A DNA stretch of 64,000 nucleotides from Clostridia bacterium (GTDB taxonomy: Bacteria; Bacillota; Clostridia; Oscillospirales; Butyricicoccaceae): assembly GCA_021205365.1 (NCBI GenBank), contig JAJPXP010000049.1, forward strand, positions 11,495-75,494, given 5' to 3'. Shown here piece after piece: positions 56,731-64,000 of this stretch. Numbering within the stretch: the stretch's first letter is position 1; each line of letters begins with the position of its first letter. Position numbers and translations under genes: made by a program. The notes beneath the pieces were generated by a model. The model saw nothing but the letters and a program-made list of their open reading frames with translations. It was not told where the DNA came from and searched no databases.

Positions 56731-58227
56731 TCAATCCTTTTCCCAGTCCTTGGCACGCTCTACAGCCCGGTGCCATTTTCTGAGAAGATTATCTCTCGTT
56801 TCCTGATCCATCTTCGGTTCAAACCGCTTCTTCAGCTTCCATTTGCCCTTGATTTCATCCAGGCTCTTAAATTCGCCAACGCCATACGCTGCCAGATATG
56901 CAGCGCCCAGTGCCGTAGTCTCTGTAATTTCTGGCACATCCACCGGAATGCCCAGAATGTCAGCCTGGAACTGCATCAGGAAATTGTTTACCGCTGCACC
57001 GCCGTCTACACGCATCACTTCAATTGGAATGCCGGAATCGCCAACCATAACATCCAGATTATCCTTTACCTGGTATGCCATGCTTTCCAGTGTAGCACGA
57101 ATAATATGTTCGCGTGTTGTTCCGCCAGTGATGCCTACCATGGTGCCTCTCGCATACTGATCCCAGTGTGGCGCTGCCAGTCCGGAAAATGCCGGTACAA
57201 AGAACACACCAGCCGTATCCGGTACGCTTTCTGCAATCGCTTCGGTCTCTGCTGCATTATTGATGATCTTGAGCTTGTCACGCAGCCACTGTACGGCTGC
57301 ACCGGCAATATAGATGCCGCCATCCAAAGCAAATGTCATTTTGCCCTCATTAATGCCCCAGCCTACCGTTGTCAGAAGGCCATTTTCAGAATAAACCGGC
57401 TTGTCACCTGTATTCATCAGCATGAAGCAGCCTGTTCCGTAGGTTGTCTTTACTGTACCTGGTTCAAAGCACGCCTGTCCAAACAAGGCTGCCTGCTGGT
57501 CAACCACCGAACCAGAGATCGGAATACGTGCACCAAAGAAGTCCAGTGGATCAGTTGTTCCATACACCTCTGCACTATCACGAATTTCCGGTAGAATTTC
57601 CTTTGGAATGTCCAGCGCTTCAAGAATCTCATCATCCCACTGCCCGGTATGTACATTGAACAGCATGGTTCTGGATGCTGTTGACTGGTCAGTGACAAAT
57701 ACTCTGCCATGCGTCAGCTTCCAGATCATCCAGGTATCCAGTGTGCCTGCATTGATTCTGCCCCGCGCAATCTTTTCCTTTACCCCTGGAACATTTTCAA
57801 TAACCCATTTTATTTTCGTTGCACTGAAATAAGCATCCACAACCAAGCCGGTCTTCTCGCGAATCATTTCGCCATACTTCTCTGCAATAACGTCTGCTTC
57901 CCGTGCGGTTCGACGGTCCTGCCATACAATTGCATTGTATACCGGCATACCTGTCACATTATCCCACAGTACAACGGTTTCTCCCTGATTATCCAGACCC
58001 ATGCAAGCGATGTCATCGACATTGGCTCCGGCAATCTCAATTGCCATTTCTACGGATTCCAGAATTTTATCCCAGATTTCCAGTGAATCATGCTCTACCC
58101 AGCCCGGCTTCGGGAAATGCTGCGTATGCTCCTTATAACCTCTTGCACACAGATTCCATTCCTCATCCAGAATCAATACTGTCGTACCGGTTGTACCCTG
58201 GTCAATACCCATATAATACTTACTCAT
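56731..58227 (-). CDS. glpK: Glycerol kinase
   Basis: Motifs GIDQGTTGTT..FPKPGWVEHD and GTGCFML. 498 aa. Confidence 0.93.
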   Translation of the reverse strand: MSKYYMGIDQGTTGTTVLILDEEWNLCARGYKEHTQHFPKPGWVEHDSLEIWDKILESVEMAIEIAGANVDDIACMGLDNQGETVVLWDNVTGMPVYNAIVWQDRRTAREADVIAEKYGEMIREKTGLVVDAYFSATKIKWVIENVPGVKEKIARGRINAGTLDTWMIWKLTHGRVFVTDQSTASRTMLFNVHTGQWDDEILEALDIPKEILPEIRDSAEVYGTTDPLDFFGARIPISGSVVDQQAALFGQACFEPGTVKTTYGTGCFMLMNTGDKPVYSENGLLTTVGWGINEGKMTFALDGGIYIAGAAVQWLRDKLKIINNAAETEAIAESVPDTAGVFFVPAFSGLAAPHWDQYARGTMVGITGGTTREHIIRATLESMAYQVKDNLDVMVGDSGIPIEVMRVDGGAAVNNFLMQFQADILGIPVDVPEITETTALGAAYLAAYGVGEFKSLDEIKGKWKLKKRFEPKMDQETRDNLLRKWHRAVERAKDWEKD

Positions 58228-58245
58228 AATTTCGGTTACATCTCC

Positions 58246-59355
58246 TTATACGGTTTCGGTAGTAGTGGTTTCCTGATCTTGCTCCATCAGATTTTTTGTC
58301 ATGAAATATGCTAAAATAATGGCCAGCACACCAGCCGACAGCTTTCCAACAACAACCGGTGTAATCATGCTTGGCTGGACGCCTGCTGTAAAGCCAAGAT
58401 GATCTCCTAACGCAGCTGTTGCAGGTACAAGCCAAGCGGTATTGATAATAATACCCCGTTTTTTCATGTCCTTCATCATTGTGTATACCGGTACGGAATT
58501 TGCCAATGTAAATACGATTCCAGCCGCACTTGTGGCATCCATTCCCATTTTTCTGCCAATTGCATTGAGCGGCTTATCCAGCACCTTAACCAGAATCGAC
58601 AAAATTGGGAAGGTTCCAAGCAACACGATTGCAATACCCGCAATGGCATTCATACCGTCCATAATCGGCGCCATACCCGGAATAATGACAACTCCTGTGA
58701 TATACTCAAAGACAGCACATGCTAATCCAATATAAATGACTATTGTTATGAACCGTCCAAAGATCGTGCATCCGCTAATCATCTTTTCCGGGATCACTTT
58801 CAGCCCCAATGCCAGAAGTACGGAAATAATTAAAATCGGAAGCGTGTTTCTGATAACCATCATGACATCAAAGCCAGCAACAAATCCGCCAATCAAGCAG
58901 CCCACAGGAATTGTAATCAATCCAATCAGCAAACCTCTTGAGAAGTACTGATTATCCTCTTTTTCAATGAGTCCCAGTCCCACCGGAATAGAAAATACCA
59001 GTGTACAGCCCAGCATGGAAGCCACAATATTTCCAGCAAATAATCCTGCCTGCGCATCCTGTGCCAGCTCCATGGCAAGGGAATAACCACCCATATCATT
59101 GGCGAGAATCGAACCAAATAACGCAGGGTCTGCGCCGATTGCCTCACACACAGGAATGATCACAGGTCCCAGCAATTTTGAAATTACCGGTGCCAGACAT
59201 ACAATACCTACCATGCCAAGAGCCAGCGCTCCCATTGCTTCAAAGCCTTCATCAAATTTTTCACCTAACTTAAAATGATTTCCTGTGATTTTATCAGCAG
59301 CACCAATCAAAGCACCTACCGCCATGATCCATAAAATAATCTGATCAAATGACAC
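58246..59355 (-). CDS. eutH: EutH-family permease
   Basis: Polytopic protein. N-terminus IILWIMAVGALIGAADKITGNHFKLGEKFDEGFEAMGALAL is typical of EutH. GTG 59355 lies 9 nt after AAAGGAG; the track's TTG at 59364 abuts the SD. Confidence 0.7.
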   Translation of the reverse strand: MSFDQIILWIMAVGALIGAADKITGNHFKLGEKFDEGFEAMGALALGMVGIVCLAPVISKLLGPVIIPVCEAIGADPALFGSILANDMGGYSLAMELAQDAQAGLFAGNIVASMLGCTLVFSIPVGLGLIEKEDNQYFSRGLLIGLITIPVGCLIGGFVAGFDVMMVIRNTLPILIISVLLALGLKVIPEKMISGCTIFGRFITIVIYIGLACAVFEYITGVVIIPGMAPIMDGMNAIAGIAIVLLGTFPILSILVKVLDKPLNAIGRKMGMDATSAAGIVFTLANSVPVYTMMKDMKKRGIIINTAWLVPATAALGDHLGFTAGVQPSMITPVVVGKLSAGVLAIILAYFMTKNLMEQDQETTTTETV

Positions 59356-59588
59356 TTGTTCCAACTCCTTTCTTCGTTATCCTCTTCACCTTCGAAAAGA
59401 ATTATGATTGCTTTGCGATCGATCGTCTCTTGCTGGTTCTACAATATCACATCGCCAAAAAATGTGCAAACGGTCAAAACTCATTGATTTTTGTGTGTTT
59501 TGCGCAAAAAATAGCAAAATAAAATGTGGATATAACCTGCAAACGCAAATTATCCCACATTTTTATTTATTTTATTGTTTTATAAAAC

Positions 59589-60347
59589 TCAGGCAATAAC
59601 AACTTCTATATTCTGTTCCCGTAACTCCTTTACCATTTTTTTATCCGTCTGCTCATCCGTTATAACACAGTCTATACTACTAATTGGGCATACGATATTC
59701 AACGCTTTAATTCCAAATTTACTGTAGTCTGCCATGGCAATGACCTGTTTGGAATGCTTTAAAAAGTGCCGGCGCAGGTTGGTTTCCGAAATATCATAAT
59801 CCATAACACCCGTTTGGGTTTCAATTGCACCAACACCTAGAAATAATTTGTCCGCATAGAAGCCATCTATCATTTCCTCTGACCAAAATCCAGAGGTTGT
59901 CCCCTCTCCACATCGAACGAGTCCGCCCAACACAATCACCGTGATATTTGGATCATCCATCAATGTCATGGCAATAGCCAGTGAGTTTGTCAGAACTGTA
60001 ATCTTTTTTTTCCCCTTCAGCATTCGCGCAAACTCTAACACAGTAGTACCTATATCGAGGATAATCGTATCACCATCCTCCACGATTTCTACTGCTTTTT
60101 TACCAATCCTGACCTTCTCCTCAAAGTTCTTCATTTCCCGGTCAGAGTAGTCTGGCTCCATACTGTATGTTGTATTCAGGATTGCACCGCCATGTGTCCT
60201 TCGGGCGATCCCTTCACGTTCCAGCTCTGATAAATCGCGCCGTATTGTTTCCGCGGATACCTGAAATTGCTCCGCCAGTTGATTCGCTTTTACAATTCTG
60301 TTTTCTGTTAGCAAACGAAGTATTTCATCTCTTCGCTGTATCTTCAT
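59589..60347 (-). CDS. DeoR/GlpR family transcriptional regulator
   Basis: HTH segment RRDEILRLLTENRIVKANQLAEQFQVSAETIRRDLSELEREG plus a DeoR C-terminal sensor domain. Confidence 0.88.
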   Translation of the reverse strand: MKIQRRDEILRLLTENRIVKANQLAEQFQVSAETIRRDLSELEREGIARRTHGGAILNTTYSMEPDYSDREMKNFEEKVRIGKKAVEIVEDGDTIILDIGTTVLEFARMLKGKKKITVLTNSLAIAMTLMDDPNITVIVLGGLVRCGEGTTSGFWSEEMIDGFYADKLFLGVGAIETQTGVMDYDISETNLRRHFLKHSKQVIAMADYSKFGIKALNIVCPISSIDCVITDEQTDKKMVKELREQNIEVVIA

Positions 60348-60657
60348 ACCTTCTCATTCCTTTTGTTGCTTTCCGCTCAAAACTCCACAGATTTTCCAAG
60401 ATACAATCTGTTACTTTTTCACAAACTTTGTAATCTATAAAAAAATTTTTGTCGTAACATCATTGTATCAATAATCATCTTAAAATTCAAATATCAGAAT
60501 AGGTGCTGTTCTCATTTCCTATACAGCAGCACAAACATGAAGCTGAAAATCAGCGGTGGCGATATCAAAGATACAGGACGCGCACAGTTTAACATGGTTA
60601 CGATGTATGCAACAAATGTTTGAAACTAATATTTTGTCAATTTAAAATACTTCAAAA

Positions 60658-60694
60658 GATGAAAAACGCCTGATTTCTCACGAAATCAGGCGTT
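60658..60694 (-). terminator. Intrinsic terminator directly after the tRNA fragment (copy 2 of the duplicated terminator)
   Basis: Minus strand reads AACGCCTGATTTC-gtga-GAAATCAGGCGTTTTTCATC. Confidence 0.8.
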
Positions 60695-60697
60695 AGA

Positions 60698-60742
60698 TGG
60701 AGCTGCTAGGCAGATTCGAACTGCCGACCTCATCCTTACCAA
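60698..60742 (-). pseudogene. 3' half of tRNA-Thr(GGU): anticodon loop to CCA, with no 5' half
   Basis: Minus strand reads TTGGTAA (loop, anticodon GGT), GGATG, AGGTC, GGCAG-TTCGAAT-CTGCC, TAGCAGC-T-CCA. The sequence 5' of the loop (GACAA) cannot pair with GGATG, and no GCTGCTA acceptor strand is present. Confidence 0.7.
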
Positions 60743-60911
60743 TTGTCTAAAGTTGCTGTTATCGGGTGTTTGCTCGTATTATCTGGTACTTTTCTATCTA
60801 GAAAGTTCGGAAACTAGATACTTTTGTCTGAAATTCATCGTTTCTCATCCCTGTCTATATCGTCTGGTAAGGGGATTTGTTTGAAAATTGTTTGATCTTT
60901 CTCATTGATAA

Positions 60912-61553
60912 CTATGAAAATTTCGATGCACGATAAAATCGACGACACCATATGATCATCCCAATAAAAGCTATTTGAATCAGACCATGCACAATCCAGT
61001 AACTCGTTCCAAATCCATCTATCAGCCGATTGGGGCGCAGCAACACAGGAATATTGGTATCTGCCAGCGGAATGGAAATACAAATATAAACCAATCCCGC
61101 TGTAATGTTTATGACCGGAGAACACAGTAGATACAACAATGCAGTAAACGCAATACTGAGGCAAAAACTCTGAAACACCAAGATCCAAATGATGATTCGA
61201 TAATCCGGCAAAGCGAAAAACATCCAAATATAAAACGGAAGACAAATCACCTGCTCAATCAGCATAAGCTCCAACGCACAAAAAACGATAGGATATCTTA
61301 GCGCCTGCAATGTCTCGCGTATTCTCGGCTGATATATTGGCAGAAAGAAGCAAAACAAGGGCCAAAGCGTTATGAAAGCCAAAACTAACTGGCTATTTCG
61401 GAATATTGCCCTCGCTGCCGTCATCGTATCATAAATCTGAAGCACATGCATTTGATAAGGAAGCAGAAAACAGTATATCAAAACAGCGGGAACTCCTTGC
61501 CGAAGCAATGTGTGCTTCGGTGGGTAGGTAATAAGCCTAAATGCTTTTTTCAT
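60912..61553 (-). CDS. Polytopic membrane protein (ABC-2-like partner of the adjacent ATPase)
   Basis: Six TM segments. ATG 61553 lies 8 nt after AAAGGA and overlaps the end of the ATPase gene. Confidence 0.55.
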   Translation of the reverse strand: MKKAFRLITYPPKHTLLRQGVPAVLIYCFLLPYQMHVLQIYDTMTAARAIFRNSQLVLAFITLWPLFCFFLPIYQPRIRETLQALRYPIVFCALELMLIEQVICLPFYIWMFFALPDYRIIIWILVFQSFCLSIAFTALLYLLCSPVINITAGLVYICISIPLADTNIPVLLRPNRLIDGFGTSYWIVHGLIQIAFIGMIIWCRRFYRASKFS

Positions 61554-62406
61554 TGAGATCATCCTTTGTCAGTAAACATAGATAACCATCTTCCAATCTT
61601 GACACAAGTGACACTGCGCTTACATCCGGCGCACATTCTTTTTCCGCACAAAGAACTTTGACCAGCCGTTTCCCATTTTCTTCAATATATCCAATCTGCT
61701 TGCATGTACTTCTCTTCTGCCGATAGATTTCTTCCGACATTTTCCATACATGGCCTGCTGCAAGGCTGGAAAGGCGTTCAATTTCTCCGGTGAAAATGAT
61801 ATGCTTTTTTTGAAGAACGATAACCTGTTGACATGTTGCTTCAATATCTTCTGCAATGTGACTAGAAATGATAATCGGCTGTAGCCCACGCAGTTCTTCC
61901 AGCATTTCTTTCAATCGAACGCGTTCTTCAATATCCAGTCCAACAGTCGGTTCATCCAATAGAATCATGTCTGGTCGTCCAAGAATTGCCTGTGCAATAC
62001 CAAGCCTGCGCACCATACCACCGGAAAGCTGCCCGCATTTCATATCTCTCTGATCTGTTAAATGCGTCAGCTCCAACGCGCGGTCTACTTCATCTGTCCA
62101 GTCGATTCCATCATCCTTTTTTTGTTTCAGCTTTGCAAAATAAAGGAGTTGTTCCTTTGTCGTCAATGTCTGAAACGCACCAAACTTCTGTGGCAAATAA
62201 CCGATTTGCAGATTCTCTCTATTCCCGTCAACCTGCACTGTTCCACTGTTTGCGGAAATTAAGTTTGTTATAATACGAAATAGCGTTGTTTTTCCCGCGC
62301 CATTGGGTCCCAGCAACCCGTATGTATAATTGTCCAAATCCATGGAAATGTTGTCCAATACTACATTTTGCTTATATCGTTTTGTTATTGCATTAAGACG
62401 TACCAT
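61537..62406 (-). CDS. ABC transporter ATP-binding protein
   Basis: Walker A GPNGAGKTT, signature LSGGMVRRLGIA, Walker B ILLDEPTVGLD. Confidence 0.88.
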   Translation of the reverse strand: MVRLNAITKRYKQNVVLDNISMDLDNYTYGLLGPNGAGKTTLFRIITNLISANSGTVQVDGNRENLQIGYLPQKFGAFQTLTTKEQLLYFAKLKQKKDDGIDWTDEVDRALELTHLTDQRDMKCGQLSGGMVRRLGIAQAILGRPDMILLDEPTVGLDIEERVRLKEMLEELRGLQPIIISSHIAEDIEATCQQVIVLQKKHIIFTGEIERLSSLAAGHVWKMSEEIYRQKRSTCKQIGYIEENGKRLVKVLCAEKECAPDVSAVSLVSRLEDGYLCLLTKDDLNEKSI

Positions 62407-64000
62407 AGCGCTCTCTCAACTCCTTCCAGAATATTTCTTCATCAGCCTCTTCATGTTCCGAAATCAGGAATGCCGCTATCTCCTGTACCAACTGATCCTC
62501 TTTTCCGGCATCCTGCGCCGCATCAAGTAAATCTACCAGCTGTAGTTGTGCATCTGTAAGCTCCTCTCGCGGGATATCACTAAAAAATGACCAACTCTCC
62601 AGTGTTTGTTCCGGTGTGTCATTCAGTCCCATCCCACCAATCAAAACGGATAACTCACTTTTATTCCGTTCCATAATAAGCACTTTTGTGAAAGTACTAA
62701 AAGCTCCCAAATTTCCTTCATCGGTTAGAATATAGTCTGAAAAGATCGCAACATCTCCTCCTGTTCCGTTACAAGATAAATCGGCAGATGCTACAATAAT
62801 TTTTCGATCAGAAATCAACGTCTGATCCAGTCCGTAGGCTTCCATCTCATCACATACGCTCTGGTAGCTGTCTTTTAATTGTTCCACCTTTTGTTCTTCT
62901 GTAACGGACAGATTGAGCGGCAGAATATTTGCAATCATAGGATCATCCGTTTTCGCTATATATCCTCCAATGACTGTAATGCTGTCGCTTTCGCCTTCAT
63001 ATACCTGTTCTGACATCTGCGTCAAATTACTGACCAGTGTAAACGGTGCCTGAACGGCCAGCTGGATATGCGCCGGTTCGATTCGATTATATGTATTATA
63101 CTCAGAAGTCCAAGTTTCAAAATTCAAATAAATCTGTTTTTCACCCGCCATTGGGTACCACGGAAACCAGCCGGGCAGCATTGCACCGTCCATATTGCTG
63201 TAAAACAGGTTGTGATATCCTGCATAATGTAGTTCCAACTTCAGGTCTTTCGTCAGTTTTTTCGTCCTGATAGTAACCAAGTCATCCTGCACAGACCATG
63301 TGATCGGCTCTGCGCTGTCTATGCTCTTGATTTTGTAGCCACGATACAGCGTCAGGATAAATTCATCCGTTGGCCCTTCCGCCTGTAGTATAAGCGTTCC
63401 TGTCACATCCAACTGACGACCGAAATTCAGCGTCAAATCATAGTCCTGAATGCTATAGCCGATATCTGCTGCTTCCTGCATGCCGATTGCCTGCTCTTTG
63501 TAGAGATAATAATCTTCATTGCTATTATAATGACGAGATGTGCTAGCCGGTAATTGGGCGTAAGTCAAACATGCAATGCTGCAAGCCAGCAGCAGACAGC
63601 CTGACACACATACCTTCCGTTTTTTCATTAGGCAAAGCATACCAAGACAGAGCAGAATCCAAAAAAATTGAACGGCAAAACGGATCCATTCCGTCTGTAG
63701 CCCGATTTGTTCATTTGGCCACCAAATTGTTTCTTCATAAAAGATACCAAAGCTATGTCGAATCGCATATCCAATCCGGTTGCCCAGAGAATCAGCATTT
63801 TCTCCATTGCCAAACATCATTTCCGTCACGGGGCTGGACATAACCAGAAAGATAAGCAACACAATGGCCGAATGATGCTGATTCTGCCATTGTGCAAGCA
63901 CACAGCCCACCAAAAGGCAAATGAGCAGCGGCAAGAACAAATTGCAGACAAACATTTTGGGAAGTACGGACAGTGCATAGTCTGTTGCGTCATTGCGGAT
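62393..64000 (-). CDS. Large membrane protein (more than 535 aa; 5' end probably outside window) with a big extracytoplasmic domain
   Basis: The frame stays open from 63955 to the window edge (IRNDATDYALSVLPK-MFVCN). N-terminal TM segments, then a soluble beta-rich domain. Coupled to the ABC ATPase gene. Confidence 0.55.
   Translation of the reverse strand: MRNDATDYALSVLPKMFVCNLFLPLLICLLVGCVLAQWQNQHHSAIVLLIFLVMSSPVTEMMFGNGENADSLGNRIGYAIRHSFGIFYEETIWWPNEQIGLQTEWIRFAVQFFWILLCLGMLCLMKKRKVCVSGCLLLACSIACLTYAQLPASTSRHYNSNEDYYLYKEQAIGMQEAADIGYSIQDYDLTLNFGRQLDVTGTLILQAEGPTDEFILTLYRGYKIKSIDSAEPITWSVQDDLVTIRTKKLTKDLKLELHYAGYHNLFYSNMDGAMLPGWFPWYPMAGEKQIYLNFETWTSEYNTYNRIEPAHIQLAVQAPFTLVSNLTQMSEQVYEGESDSITVIGGYIAKTDDPMIANILPLNLSVTEEQKVEQLKDSYQSVCDEMEAYGLDQTLISDRKIIVASADLSCNGTGGDVAIFSDYILTDEGNLGAFSTFTKVLIMERNKSELSVLIGGMGLNDTPEQTLESWSFFSDIPREELTDAQLQLVDLLDAAQDAGKEDQLVQEIAAFLISEHEEADEEIFWKELRERYGTS

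Noticed and set aside
60538-60624. 28-codon ORF MKLKISGGDIKDTGRAQFNMVTMYATNV between deoR and the tRNA fragment.
   Set aside because: It has no SD and no recognisable family. It may be the C-terminal remnant of a disrupted gene, but that cannot be supported from sequence alone.
52345-60789. The 9-mer ATCTGGTAC occurs near both ends of the glycerol block (52345 and 60781).
   Set aside because: The copies lie on opposite sides of the duplicated terminators, so they do not form a consistent direct-repeat boundary. A single 9-mer recurrence in 64 kb is compatible with chance.
1-64000. Search for CRISPR arrays, rRNA genes, intact tRNAs, IS elements or transposases, and classical defence genes (restriction-modification, Abi, CBASS, retron reverse transcriptase).
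   Set aside because: None was recognised by eye. There are no regularly spaced repeats and no transposase- or integrase-like ORFs. The only tRNA-like sequence is the 45-nt Thr fragment.

Overview
64-kb chromosomal window. It looks like a Clostridia-type Firmicute; this is inferred from a 56-aa clostridial 2x[4Fe-4S] ferredoxin, a T-box leader on thrS, a glmU-prs-ymdB block and a dnaD/dnaI-like pair. Most of it is ordinary housekeeping or metabolic DNA. That part holds rnr (5' truncated), an LCP protein, secG, tadA, a CPBP protease, an MscS channel, proS, thrS, a ClpC-like ATPase, ferredoxin, a cation/proton antiporter, ymdB-prs-glmU, replication-loader genes and a folate operon (folBK, folP, HD protein, DHFR-FolC fusion). 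It also holds an AraC-controlled isomerase/oxidoreductase cluster and a glycerol operon (deoR, eutH-like, glpK, G3P-dehydrogenase trio, nadA). Four parts look accessory. (1) A tandem array of five paralogous 28-38 aa ORFs at 6.8-7.6 kb, below the ORF-track cutoff, each with its own strong SD, preceded by a long hairpin-rich leader. (2) An intact, tightly coupled 7.8-kb phage head/neck module at 17.7-25.5 kb in P22 gene order. It carries TerS-like, TerL, portal, scaffold, capsid and three downstream structural ORFs, but no integrase, replication, lysis, ejection or receptor-binding genes. This is the best candidate for an undescribed system (domesticated GTA-like particle or capsid-forming satellite). 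(3) Two ABC export or immunity operons at 25.8-30.5 kb: a GntR-controlled one and a lantibiotic-protection-type one. (4) A tRNA-Thr(GGU) 3' half with its terminator at 60.7 kb, next to another ABC cluster, which marks a probable island junction. A near-identical copy of that terminator sits 8.1 kb away. No CRISPR array, rRNA or intact tRNA was seen. All functional calls rest on motif recognition by eye; no database search was possible.
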